Source: an uncultured Phycisphaerales bacterium | GTDB lineage: Bacteria > Planctomycetota > Phycisphaerae > Tepidisphaerales > Tepidisphaeraceae | Length of the DNA: 64,000 nucleotides | Direction: 5' to 3' | Assembly (NCBI GenBank): GCA_963755915.1 | Contig: CAVWLP010000002.1 | Span: 2,912,001-2,976,000 of the forward strand | In this document: positions 33,407 to 43,401 of the stretch, piece after piece | How the letters are laid out: each line of letters begins with the position of its first letter | Position numbering within the stretch: the first letter of the stretch is position 1 | Position numbers and translations under genes: made by a program | The notes under the pieces: model-generated | The model's database searches: none | What the model was told of the DNA's origin: nothing | What the model saw: the letters and a program-made list of their open reading frames with translations, nothing else

Positions 33407-33625
33407 ATGGCTATGTCCGCCAGCGTAACCGTCCAATTTCAAGCAACGCCGGAGCTTCGACAGAGGCTTGAAGCGGAAGCATCGCGGCTGAATATGTCGC
33501 TTTCTGCGTACATTCTTTATTTGCATGAAAGGGCAAAGGCAGGACCGGACGCGGAGCGCTTTGAGCGCCACGTTCGGGAAGTTTTCGGCAAGCACGGAGA
33601 GTTGATGCGAAGGCTGGCGAAGTGA
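33407..33625 (+). CDS. Antitoxin, RHH-type N-terminus with Phd-like C-terminal helix
   Basis: 72 aa ending HGELMRRLAK; GTGA overlap with the doc-like gene. Confidence 0.7.
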   Translation: MAMSASVTVQFQATPELRQRLEAEASRLNMSLSAYILYLHERAKAGPDAERFERHVREVFGKHGELMRRLAK

Positions 33626-34296
33626 ATGCGGAAATTAAATTCCTTTCCGTTGAGGATGTTCTTCGCCTTCATGCAACAGCCATTGGAGCCATGGGTGGCG
33701 ATCCTGGGATTCGTGATTTGGGTTTGCTCGAGTCCGCGACGGCCACTCCGGCGCAATCATTTGGCGGGCAACCGCTTCACGAGGATGTCCCGGCAATCGC
33801 AGCGGCATATACCTATCACATCTGCCTGAACCATCCCTTTGTTGATGGGAATAAACGAGCGGCTACCGCCGCGATGATAGCATTTTTGTCGGACAACGGG
33901 TGGAGCTTCGATGCGACGGCGGATCAAGCAGAGCCTATTGTTTTGCAGCTTGCGGCAGGTGCAATAGACAAAGCAGCATTCACGAGCCAAGTGAGGCCCC
34001 TCATGCGCGAAAAACCGAAGCTCGAACTTCGGGACTTTTTTAGACAAATAGACGCCGTCAAATTTACAAATCGAATCATAAGCATCTTGCCAGGCGAAAC
34101 TGGCGCGAATCCAAATGAGTTTGCCGAACGCTGTCGAGAGGCGGTAACTTCGATGCCGTTCCTCGATGATTTGGCAAGGCAGCAGCGAGAGGCTCAAGAA
34201 CGAAGGGACCAGTCAGGATGGGACCGCGTAACAATGTTAGCGGTAGGGGCCTTGGCTTTATATGCTTTAGCCGAAGACATGGGCTACGAGTGGTGA
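33622..34296 (+). CDS. Doc (death-on-curing) family toxin with C-terminal extension
   Basis: GIRDLGLLESA, NHPFVDGNKR; 224 aa. Confidence 0.88.
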   Translation: MNAEIKFLSVEDVLRLHATAIGAMGGDPGIRDLGLLESATATPAQSFGGQPLHEDVPAIAAAYTYHICLNHPFVDGNKRAATAAMIAFLSDNGWSFDATADQAEPIVLQLAAGAIDKAAFTSQVRPLMREKPKLELRDFFRQIDAVKFTNRIISILPGETGANPNEFAERCREAVTSMPFLDDLARQQREAQERRDQSGWDRVTMLAVGALALYALAEDMGYEW

Positions 34297-34359
34297 AATA
34301 GCCACGCAAAGACCCCAAACCGGGCAAATCCGGCGCACCATTCCTCACGTAATATTTCC

Positions 34360-36125
34360 GTGATGAGAAGCGCCGTCCTGATTTTCCTGTTCTTTCTGAA
34401 AATCGTGGGGACCGCCCAAGCCCAACCCATCCCCTGGCAACCCTGGACCCCCCACGTCTTCACCCAAGCCAAGTCCCAGCACAAATTCGTCCTCCTCGAT
34501 CTCGGCACCCAATGGTGCCACTGGTGCCACGTGATGGATGTGCAAACGTACGCAGATGCCAAAGTCCAACACCTCATCGCCGAAAAATATATCGCCGTAA
34601 AAGTCGACGCCGATTCCCGCCCAGATCTTTCCGACCGCTACGAAGACTACGGCTGGCCCGCCACCGTCGTCTTCAACGCCGATGGCAGTGAGATCGTCAA
34701 ACGCCAGGGCTACCTCGAACCCGCCGAAATGGCCTCAATGCTCCAGGCGATCATCAACGACCCCACCCCCGGCCCGTCGATCGTCTCCGAGAAAAAATTG
34801 CAATTCGGCGCCCAAAGCGCCTCAGCGCCGACATCGAATCCGAACTGATCCACCGCCATATCTCCACCTACGACACCGACCAAGGCGCCTGGGGCCACGG
34901 CCAGAAATTCCTCGACGCCGCCAACACCGAATGGGCGATGCGCCAAGCCGCCCGCGGCGATGCCGCCGAAGCCCGGATGGCCACCCAAACCCTCGCCGCC
35001 CAACTGAATCTCCTCGACCCGGCCTGGGGCGGCGTCTACCAATATTCCACCGACGACGACTGGCACCACCCCCATTTCGAAAAAATCATGCAGATGCAGA
35101 CCGACGACCTGCGCATTTATGCCCTCGCCTACGGCCAGTGGAAAGACCCCACCTATCTAACCGCCGCCGAGTCGATCCACCGCTATCTCACCCGATTTCT
35201 CCTCGGCGACAACGGCGCCTTTTACACCAGCCAGGACGCCGACCTCATCGACGGCATCCACAGCTCCGATTATTTCGCCCTCACCGACGCCCAAAGAACC
35301 GCCCAGGGAATCCCGCGCATCGACCGCCACCAATACGCCCGCGAAAACGGCTGGGCCATCCGTAGTCTCACAATTCTCTACGAAATGACCGGCGACCAAA
35401 CGGCCCTCCATCAAGCCCAGCGCGCCGCCGATTGGATTTGCGATCATCGCACAATATCCGACAGCGGATTCTCCCACGACGCCGCCGACCCCGCCGGCCC
35501 CTACCTCGGCGACACCCTCGCCATGGGCCAGGCATTCCTCGAACTCTACGCCGCCAGCGGCGATCGAACCTCCCTCGCCCGCGCCCAATCCGCCTCCGAT
35601 TTCATCGCCCGCCATTTCGCCCGCGACTCCGAGCCCGGCGTCATGACCAGCGACGTTCACATCCCCCAGCAGTTCCCCCCCGAGCAAGAGCTCCAGGAGA
35701 ACATCGAATTCGCTCGCTGGGCCAATCTGCTCAGCCAATATTCCGGCCGAAAATCTGACGACGCCCTCGCCCGCAGCGCCATGCGATATCTCGCAACTCC
35801 CGCCGTCGCCCTGCGCCCGCGCGTAGCAGTAGGGGGGCTGCTTCTGGCAAATGACGAGCTAAGCCGCCCCGCCCTCCACATCACCGTCGTCGGCCCCAAG
35901 CTTGACGCCGGCGCCATCACCCTCTTCCGCATCGCCCTCACCTATCTCTCCCTCTTTAAGCGCACCGAATGGTACGACCCCGCCGAGGGTTCCCTGCCCA
36001 ATTCCGACGTGCTTTACCCCCATTTCCCCACCGCCGCCGGTTTCGTCTGCACCGGAACCACCTGCTCCCGCCCCGCGTTTTCCCCCGCCGATTTCCAGCG
36101 CCATCTAAGCAGGGTGAAAAATTAA
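34360..36125 (+). CDS. YyaL/DUF255 thioredoxin-domain protein, frameshift near 34830
   Basis: Signal peptide, WCHWCHVM, KVDADSRPDL, GWPATV, GGVYQYSTDDDWHHPHFEK, AFYTSQDAD. Confidence 0.85.
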
Positions 36126-36190
36126 CCCCCGCCGGTTAACCTCAAGCACCCGGCGGCCCAGAGAAACGTCTCCTAGCCCGCCGGCCACGC

Positions 36191-37501
36191 ATGGCCACCA
36201 TCGGAATCTGCATGCTCGGCTGCGGCGTCGTCGGCACCGGTGTTGCGCGCATTCTCCACGATCAGGCCCCCCTCATCGAAGCCCGCACCGGACTCAAACT
36301 TGAAATCCGCCACGTCGTCGTCCGCGACGCCGCCAAAACCCGCCTCCACGCCCAGCTTCCTTTCCACACCGACGCCGAAAAGGCCATCAACGACCCCAAC
36401 ATAAAAATCGTCATCGAGCTGATGGGCGGCACCGAAACCGCCGCCAAGCACGTCGAGCGCGCCCTCACCCTCGGCAAGCCCGTCGTCACCGCCAACAAAA
36501 GCCTCCTCTCCAGCCGCGGTCCCGAGCTTTTCGCCATCGCTCGAAAAAACAAAACCTGCATCGCCTTCGAAGCAAGCTGCGCCGGCGGTATCCCCATCAT
36601 CGACGCCCTCATGCACGGCCTCGTCGCCAACCGCTTCGACGCCATGGTCGGCATCGTCAACGGCACCTGCAATTTCATCCTCACCCAAATGACCCGCAAC
36701 GGCTGGAAATACGACCAGGCCCTCGCCGAAGCCCAAAGGCTAGGCTTCGCCGAAGCCGACCCCACCCTCGACGTCTCCGGCCGCGACGCCGCCCAAAAAC
36801 TCGCCATCCTCGCCTCCCTCGCCTTCAACGTCCGCGTCAAAGAATCCGACATCTATATCGAAGGCATCGACCGCCTCCAAGAAGCCGAAATCAAATTCGC
36901 CAACGAATTGGGATACGTCTTAAAGCTCCTCGCCATCGCCCGCCGCCACGGCTCAAAGATCTCCCTCCGTGTCCATCCCACCCTGGTCAAACAGGATGAC
37001 GTCCTCGCCGACGTCAGCGGCAGCTTCAACGCCATCAGCGTCTACGGCCATGCCCTCGGCCACGCCCTCTTCTACGGCCGCGGCGCCGGCCAGATGCCCA
37101 CCGCCAGCGCCGTCGTCGCCGACCTGGTCAACGTCGCCCTAGGCGTGACGCCCCTCGCCTTCTCCCAACTAAAAATTTTCCCCGACCAGATCCCCAGCGC
37201 CGACGTCCTTCCCGTCGAAGACACCACAGGCCGATATTATTTGCGCCTCGCCGCCCGCGACGAGCCCGGCGTCCTCGCTCAGGTCACCAGAATCCTCGGC
37301 GAAAAAAAAATCAGCCTCTCCGCCATCCTACAGCGCGAAGCCAACAACGGCGGCAACGTCCCCGTTGTCATCACCACCCACATCGCCCGCGAAGGCTCCG
37401 TCCAGGCCGCCCTCAAAGAAATCGACAAACTCGCCACCATCCAGCCCCCAACCGTCTGCCTTCGAATTCTCGATCAGCCGCAGGAGTTCGGCGATGCGTG
37501 A
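36191..37501 (+). CDS. hom: Homoserine dehydrogenase with ACT domain
   Basis: GCGVVG, VVTANK, FEASCAGGIP, GIVNGTCNFIL, GFAEADPTLDVSGRDAAQK, YGRGAG. Confidence 0.96.
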   Translation: MATIGICMLGCGVVGTGVARILHDQAPLIEARTGLKLEIRHVVVRDAAKTRLHAQLPFHTDAEKAINDPNIKIVIELMGGTETAAKHVERALTLGKPVVTANKSLLSSRGPELFAIARKNKTCIAFEASCAGGIPIIDALMHGLVANRFDAMVGIVNGTCNFILTQMTRNGWKYDQALAEAQRLGFAEADPTLDVSGRDAAQKLAILASLAFNVRVKESDIYIEGIDRLQEAEIKFANELGYVLKLLAIARRHGSKISLRVHPTLVKQDDVLADVSGSFNAISVYGHALGHALFYGRGAGQMPTASAVVADLVNVALGVTPLAFSQLKIFPDQIPSADVLPVEDTTGRYYLRLAARDEPGVLAQVTRILGEKKISLSAILQREANNGGNVPVVITTHIAREGSVQAALKEIDKLATIQPPTVCLRILDQPQEFGDA

Positions 37502-37550
37502 ACGCACAAATTCCGAATCCCCTCCTTGTATCCTCTTATATCTCCTTGTA

Positions 37551-37591
37551 TCCCCTCCCCTGGTACTCCGGGGGAGGGTTAGGGTGGGGGC
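37551..37591. repeat. REP-like palindrome, family A
   Basis: tcccctcccctggtactccgggggagggttagggtgggggc. Confidence 0.8.
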
Positions 37592-37693
37592 CCGTGCACC
37601 AACAACCAAGGATTTCATCAGACCTGCTCGAAAATCCGAATTCGAATCGATGAAAATCCAAGCCGAGTTCTAATTGCGATCTCAGGAGCCCTT

Positions 37694-38896
37694 TTGAAAT
37701 ACGCAATCATCATCCCCGACGGCGCCGCCGACGACCCATTGCAAGAACTCGCCGGCAAAACCCCCCTCGAAGCCGCCAACATCCCCAACATAGATTCCAT
37801 CGCCCGCTCCGGCAAACTCGGCCTCGTCCGCACCGTCCCCGAAGGCTTCGAAAGCGGCAGCGACGTCGCCACCATGTGCCTCCTCGGCTACGACCCCAAC
37901 GTCTACCACACCGGCCGCGCCCCCCTCGAAGCCGCCGCCCAGCGCATTCCCCTCTCGCCCACCGACTGGGTCTTCCGCTGCAATCTCGTCACCGTCACCG
38001 CCGGCGTCATGAAAGACCACTCCTCCGGCGGAATCTCCGACCCCGAAGCCAAACGCCTCATCACCGATCTCGCCACTTATCTCAACCTCCCCGGCTTCGA
38101 ATTCCACACCGGCGTCAGCTACCGCAATCTCCTCGTCTACCGCGGCAAAGAAGAATTCGACGTAACCACACGCCCCCCGCACGAGGTGCCGGAGGAGCCG
38201 ATCGCACAAAATCTTCCCACGGGGACAGGCAGTAAAATTCTCATAGACATCATGGACCGCTCCGCGAAGTTCTTCGCCGATCACGAAATCAATCGCGCCC
38301 GTCGCGCCGCCGGCAAAAATCCCGCCACCCAGGTCTGGCTCTGGGGCCAGGGACACGCCCCCAATATGCCCAGATTCCAGCAGAAATTCGGCGTAAAAAC
38401 CGGCTGCATGATCACCGGCGTCGATCTCCTCCGCGGCCTTGCCACCCTCCTCGGCTGGGACGTCCACGAAGTCCACGGCATGACCAGCTTTCACGACACC
38501 AACTACATCGGCCAGGGCCTCGAAACCGCCAAAATGCTCGACAAATATGACCTGGTCTTCAGCCACATCGAAGCCCCGGATGAAGCCAGCCACCAGGCCG
38601 ACTGGAAGACGAAAATCTCCGCCATCGAGCACATCGATAAATTCGTCGTCGGCCCGGTCCTCGAGAAATTGAAGTCCCAGCCCGATTGGCGAATCCTCGT
38701 CATGCCCGACCATCCCACCAACATCGCCACCCGCAAGCACGGCTACGCCCCAACCCTCTTCGCCGTCGCCGGCTCCAACATCAAATCCGGCTCCAACGCC
38801 AATTACTCTGAAACAAACGCCCGCGCCGGAGGTTTCTATATTGAGCGCGGTTATGAATTGATGGACTATTTCCTCCACGGCGCCAGTTCCGTTTAG
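37694..38896 (+). CDS. apgM: ApgM-type phosphoglycerate mutase family (proposed homoserine kinase subgroup)
   Basis: PDGAAD, GKTPLEAA, GSDVA, TGRAPLEAA, FRCNLVT, HIEAPDEASH, MPDHPT. Confidence 0.88.
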   Translation: MKYAIIIPDGAADDPLQELAGKTPLEAANIPNIDSIARSGKLGLVRTVPEGFESGSDVATMCLLGYDPNVYHTGRAPLEAAAQRIPLSPTDWVFRCNLVTVTAGVMKDHSSGGISDPEAKRLITDLATYLNLPGFEFHTGVSYRNLLVYRGKEEFDVTTRPPHEVPEEPIAQNLPTGTGSKILIDIMDRSAKFFADHEINRARRAAGKNPATQVWLWGQGHAPNMPRFQQKFGVKTGCMITGVDLLRGLATLLGWDVHEVHGMTSFHDTNYIGQGLETAKMLDKYDLVFSHIEAPDEASHQADWKTKISAIEHIDKFVVGPVLEKLKSQPDWRILVMPDHPTNIATRKHGYAPTLFAVAGSNIKSGSNANYSETNARAGGFYIERGYELMDYFLHGASSV

Positions 38897-39057
38897 AAGC
38901 TGTTTCATAACCTCCCGCGAACCGATGCGCCGCGGCTGGCGAATGCTGGCAAGGCGCGACGACGAACAATATTGACCGGAAATATGGGGAGGAGGAGCAA
39001 CGCCGCCAGCCTTCCCCAGACGCAAGCAGCGGCCGCGCGAGGTTATGAAACAGCTTC
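38896..39057. mobile_element. MITE, 162 bp, 19-bp terminal inverted repeats, TTA target duplication
   Basis: GAAGCTGTTTCATAACCTC (38896-38914) and GAGGTTATGAAACAGCTTC (39039-39057), flanked by TTA at 38893-38895 and 39058-39060. Confidence 0.8.
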
Positions 39058-39110
39058 TTAGCCGGCGAGCTTGCTCGCCGTGTCTTCGGCGAATTTGCCA
39101 AGAGGCTCCC

Positions 39111-40272
39111 ATGCCCCTCCTCGACGATCCAGCCCGCCTTCGTCGCATCATGCTCTGGGTCATGCTCGGCGCCCTCGCCGCCTCCGGGCTTCTCGCCGCC
39201 GTCATCGCCGCCGGCCTGATGCTCGCAACCTGCAAGCTCCTCGATTCCGAAAAAACTCGCCGCACAGGGCTCTTTATCCTTGCCGCAATCGCCGCCCAGT
39301 TCGTCCTGACTCTCCTTGCCTTTTGGGACCCGCTGCGAAATTGGAATGTGCGGGACAGCGAAGAAAAACAGGGTCTGACCGCGCTCCTCTTCACGGTCAC
39401 CGCAATCCCCTCGATCTTATTCTTTTACGTCAGTGCCCTTCGTGGCGGTCGCGTGGCGGGAACCTTCGGAATCATCGGAAACCTCGCCAGCTACGCTCTG
39501 TATCTAACCGCGATCTGGACATCGGCCTTCAACCTAACCGCCGAGGACGATCGGCTCTGGGAAACCGCCTGGGGCGTCTGGTTCTTCACGCTTGTCGTCT
39601 CCGCCTCCCTCGCCGGCGCGGGAATCGACCGCCGATACTGGCGCTGGTTTGGGCTACCCGTTGCAACCGCCGCCCTCGCCATCGCACTTCGAAACGTCTG
39701 GGCCGACACCGATCGCTTCGTCAATCTCCTCACCATACTCATCACCCTCGCGATCCTCATCGGCCACACCAACATCGTCTTTCTCTGTGCCCTCAAGGGC
39801 CGCCAGGAATGGCTCCGATGGGCCACCCTCATCTGCACTCTCTTCGCAGGCGCCGCATTCGACTACACCGTCATCGACCATCCCGATGACGACGGCATGT
39901 GGCGCATCGCCTCGGCAGGTGCGATCTGCGCCGCTTGCGCCACCGTCGCCCTCGGAATTCTCGCCGCCTTCAACCGCAAACCCGCCCCCCAAACCGGCGA
40001 CGCCATCGAAGCCCCCGAAATCTCCCTCGTTTGCCCCAACTGCCACAAAAAACAAACCGTCCCCATGACCCACGGAATCGGCGAAACCCCCTGCACCGGC
40101 TGCGGAATGATCTTCTCCATCCGCATCCGCGCCTCCCCGCTGCCCAACTTGCGGCTATTTGCTCCTTATGTTCAAGGGCGACGCCTGCCCCGAATGTGGG
40201 GCGAAGGTTTCACGCCCAACCGGCGAGCCCCAGGCGCTATCCAGTCACATGTCGGCCCCCATAGTTGAATAG
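39111..40272 (+). CDS. Multi-pass membrane protein with C-terminal double zinc ribbon, frameshift near 40135
   Basis: About 9 hydrophobic segments; CPNC..CTGC, then CPTCGYLL...CPECG in the shifted frame. Confidence 0.7.
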
Positions 40273-40298
40273 GACTATTGATTAGGGACAATAACGAG

Positions 40299-40640
40299 AT
40301 GCTCGAGGTCCCCGAAAGCACCACCCTTGTGCAGCTTGCTCACAAACGCCTCCGCGTATGCGCGGAGCAGATTTCAGACTTCTGCCGGCGTTGGCAAATT
40401 GCAGAGCTGTCCCTTTTCGGTTCCATTCTCCGGGCCGATTTCACGGACCATAGCGATATCGATGTGATGGTGACCTTCCATCCGGGCGCCGCATGGAGTC
40501 TGATGGAATGGGTCCAAATGCGGGACGAGCTCCAGACCATGTTTAACCGGCGCGTCGACCTGGTCGAGAAGCGGGCGATACGCAATCCATTTCGCCGACA
40601 TTCCATTCTGAATTCCTCACACGTGATTTATGCCGCCTGA
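40299..40640 (+). CDS. Minimal nucleotidyltransferase (MNT/MntA-like antitoxin)
   Basis: LFGSILRADFTDHSDIDV (GSx10DxD), RRVDLV. Confidence 0.9.
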   Translation: MLEVPESTTLVQLAHKRLRVCAEQISDFCRRWQIAELSLFGSILRADFTDHSDIDVMVTFHPGAAWSLMEWVQMRDELQTMFNRRVDLVEKRAIRNPFRRHSILNSSHVIYAA

Positions 40641-40983
40641 AGATCGAGACCCCGCCTTGCTATGGGATATGCTCGAAGCCGCCCGCCAAATGTGCCAGTT
40701 TGCTGGCGACGTCACTCTCGAGCAATATCGAAACAACCTCATGCTTCGAAGGGCCGTGGAGAGGTCCATTGAGATCATCGGAGAGGCGGCACGAGGCGTA
40801 TCAAAGACCTTTAAGGCCTCTCATCCGCAGATACCCTGGCAGCCGATTATGTCTCAGCGCCATGTACTGGCGCACGAATATGGCGAAATCGACGACGAGC
40901 GGATTTGGCGCGTACTTACAATTCACGTTCCCGAGCTGATCCGCATGCTGGAGCCCTTGGTTCCGCCTGCGCCAGGACATTGA
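40630..40983 (+). CDS. HEPN (DUF86/HepT-like) RNase toxin
   Basis: AVERSIEIIGEAA, IPW, RHVLAHEY (Rx4HxY); overlaps MNT. Confidence 0.9.
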   Translation: MPPEDRDPALLWDMLEAARQMCQFAGDVTLEQYRNNLMLRRAVERSIEIIGEAARGVSKTFKASHPQIPWQPIMSQRHVLAHEYGEIDDERIWRVLTIHVPELIRMLEPLVPPAPGH

Positions 40984-41024
40984 GTCTGGAATCACCTCTC
41001 CTATAATCCCCAACCCCAGCATTT

Positions 41025-42251
41025 ATGCCCCTGATCGTCCAAAAATTCGGCGGAACCAGTGTCGCGGACGCCCAGCGAATCCACCGCGCCGCCCAGCGCG
41101 CCATCGCCGCCAAGCAGCAGGGAAACCAGGTCTGCGTCGTCGTCTCCGCCATGGGCGACACCACCGACGATCTCATCCACCTCGCCACTCAGGTCTGCGA
41201 AAATCCCCCCAAACGCGAGATGGATCAGCTCCTCGCCACCGGCGAGCAGGTCACCATCGCCCTGATGGCCATGGCCATCTCACGCCCAGGGCCACGAGGC
41301 CATCAGCTTCACCGGCGGCCAGATCGGCCTCGTCACCGACAACGCCTTCAGCAAAGCCCGCATCCAATCCATCAACCAGAAACGCATTTTCGACCAGCTC
41401 GCCGCCGGAAAAATCGTCATCATCGCCGGCTTCCAGGGCGTCACCGCCGAGGGCGATTACACCACCCTCGGCCGCGGCGGGAGCAACGCCACCCTCGTCG
41501 CCATCGGCGCCGTCCTCAAGGCCGACGTCTGCGAAAACTACACCGACGTCGACGGAATCTTCACCGCCGACCCCCGCATCGTCCAAAACGCACGCAAGAT
41601 CGACCGCATCAGCTATGATGAAATGCTCGAGCTCTCCGGCCTCGGCGCCAGCGTCCTGCAGACCCGGGCGGTCGAGTTCGCCAAGAAATACAATGTTCCG
41701 CATTCACGTGCGAAACAGCCAGAACGACAAGCGAAGGAACGTGGATCGTCGCGGAGACCCAGAACATGGAACACATCGTCGTCTCCGGCGCCGCACTTAA
41801 AAAAGACCTCGTCCGCGTCACCATAAAAAACGTCCCCGACAAACCCGGCATCGCCGCCAAAATCTTCGGCGACATCGCCGCCGCCAACATCGTCGTCGAC
41901 GACATCATCCAGAACGTCATGGACGACAACACCGCCAACATCAGCTTCACCGTCGAGCACGGCGACCTGCACGAAATCAAGCCCGTCGTCGACCGCCTCG
42001 TCAAAGAGCTCGGCGGCAAAACCGCCCCGATCTACCACGACGGCCTCGCCAAAGTCAGCGCCGTCGGCGTCGGCATGAAAACCCACACCGGCGTCGCCCA
42101 GCGAATGTTCAAGGCCCTGGCCGACGGCAAGATCAACATCCAGAACATCACCACCAGCGAAATCAAGATCAGTTGCATCATCAGCAAAGAAGACGCCAAC
42201 CGCGCCCTGCAAATCGTCCACGACGCCTTCGACCTGGGAACCGCCCGCTAA
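41025..42251 (+). CDS. lysC: Aspartate kinase (about 3 indels near 41280, 41700, 41730)
   Basis: [41 protein letters not shown], two ACT domains. Confidence 0.95.
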
Positions 42252-42300
42252 TCGACCCACGCGCAACCCACGATTTTCCCCGGCCCCCAACTTCTCCCCG

Positions 42301-42350
42301 TGTAGCCGCCGTGCTCGACTTCGGTGAGCTGTGTCGAACCGCACGGCGCT
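42301..42350. repeat. GTAG-type REP palindrome
   Basis: tgtagccgccgtgc...gcacggcg with an internal tcgac...gtcga stem; related to 39058-39080, 55861-55884 and 59696-59720. Confidence 0.65.
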
Positions 42351-42480
42351 TTCCCGCCCAACACCCCAGGGCCGCCCCGAACGTCATCAGGCCAGCCAAA
42401 TGCTATAGCAGCGGAACCGCCTGCAACATACGAGTCACCGCCTCTTCTCGTCACCAACACCGTAACCGAAAAGACTCTTC
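42351..42480. repeat. 130-bp dispersed intergenic repeat, copy 1
   Basis: Roughly 80% identical by eye to 62977-63107. Confidence 0.85.
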
Positions 42481-42494
42481 TTCTTCGTTTTCCT

Positions 42495-42908
42495 TTAAGG
42501 ATGGTGTCGCGTGATATCGCTGAACTTGTCCAGATCAAGATCGAACGACGCCACCGCGTTACCTGTTTCAAACGCTGATGCCGCGAGGTAAGCATCCCCA
42601 AAGTCAACATTGGCCGCCTGTACCCGAGCCAGTGCGTCCACAATCCGCGACGGCTCCGAGAGATGAAACGCCGGCGTGTTCAGCAGGCCAGCCAGCGTCC
42701 GTGCCGCCCGACGCCGGTCGACATGATACGACGTTCGCAACGCATAAAATGCCTCCGCGACGGTCACCGCCGACACTTCCAAAATCACCGCTCCCCGGCT
42801 CGCCTGTTGAATGAGTTTTGCCGCACGCGGCGAAAAAACGGCGTGATCGTTGCGAAGGAACCGAATCAAAACATTCGCATCGACTTGATAAGTGGGAACC
42901 CCCGCCAT
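42495..42908 (-). CDS. PIN-domain (VapC-like) toxin
   Basis: VDANVLIRFL, AEAFY, DFGDAYL, SFDLDL. Confidence 0.88.
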   Translation of the reverse strand: MAGVPTYQVDANVLIRFLRNDHAVFSPRAAKLIQQASRGAVILEVSAVTVAEAFYALRTSYHVDRRRAARTLAGLLNTPAFHLSEPSRIVDALARVQAANVDFGDAYLAASAFETGNAVASFDLDLDKFSDITRHHP

Positions 42909-43168
42909 CTTATCGTTTCCCCGATGCGCGCTTTCCCATCAGCTTGCGCTCGTGATTTCTCGTCGGGATCATAAGCGCCCGGGCCCCCCAACGCGCCAAA
43001 GAGCGACATCACATCCTTCAGCGGCTGCATCGTAACCACACCCGTGCCCGTCATCGAGATACGGATTTTCCCCTTCGCTCCTAAGTTCATTGCCTTGCGG
43101 ATTTTGGGTGGAAGGGTTAGTTGTCCTTTCCCAGTGACTGCGACGTCCTTGTAAAAGCCTTGCGCCAT
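42866..43168 (-). CDS. AbrB/MazE-type antitoxin (true stop probably near 42910)
   Basis: VTGKGQLTLPPKIRKAMNL; directly upstream of the PIN gene. Confidence 0.85.
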   Translation of the reverse strand: MAQGFYKDVAVTGKGQLTLPPKIRKAMNLGAKGKIRISMTGTGVVTMQPLKDVMSLFGALGGPGAYDPDEKSRAQADGKARIGETIRWRGFPLIKSMRMF

Positions 43169-43401
43169 CAGCTTATTGTACAGCGTCAAATACCGCGGCC
43201 AAGCCCCGATCGAGCCACGCACAAAGAGATTCACCCCCTCTCTTGTCCCATAAGGTTAAAGTTATTCACCCACCCCTCCCGATGATTTGAGGGGATGCGC
43301 TGCGGTGCGCGGGCGAGCGAATGGGCAACGCGCACTTTTTTTCCGGGCCGACGGAACGGCTCGACTGACGCAGCCATCCAGGCAACCAAGGAAGGTCGGC
43401 C

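Noticed and set aside
37682-39400. Long antisense ORFs (e.g. 37682-39400, 57680-59032, 16322-17551, 3247-4473)
   Set aside because: Shadow frames of real high-GC genes on the opposite strand; no motifs.
42340-42400. Hammerhead ribozyme (CUGAUGA...GAAA on the minus strand)
   Set aside because: The second copy has CUGGUGA and GAAG, and stems I and III could not be built.
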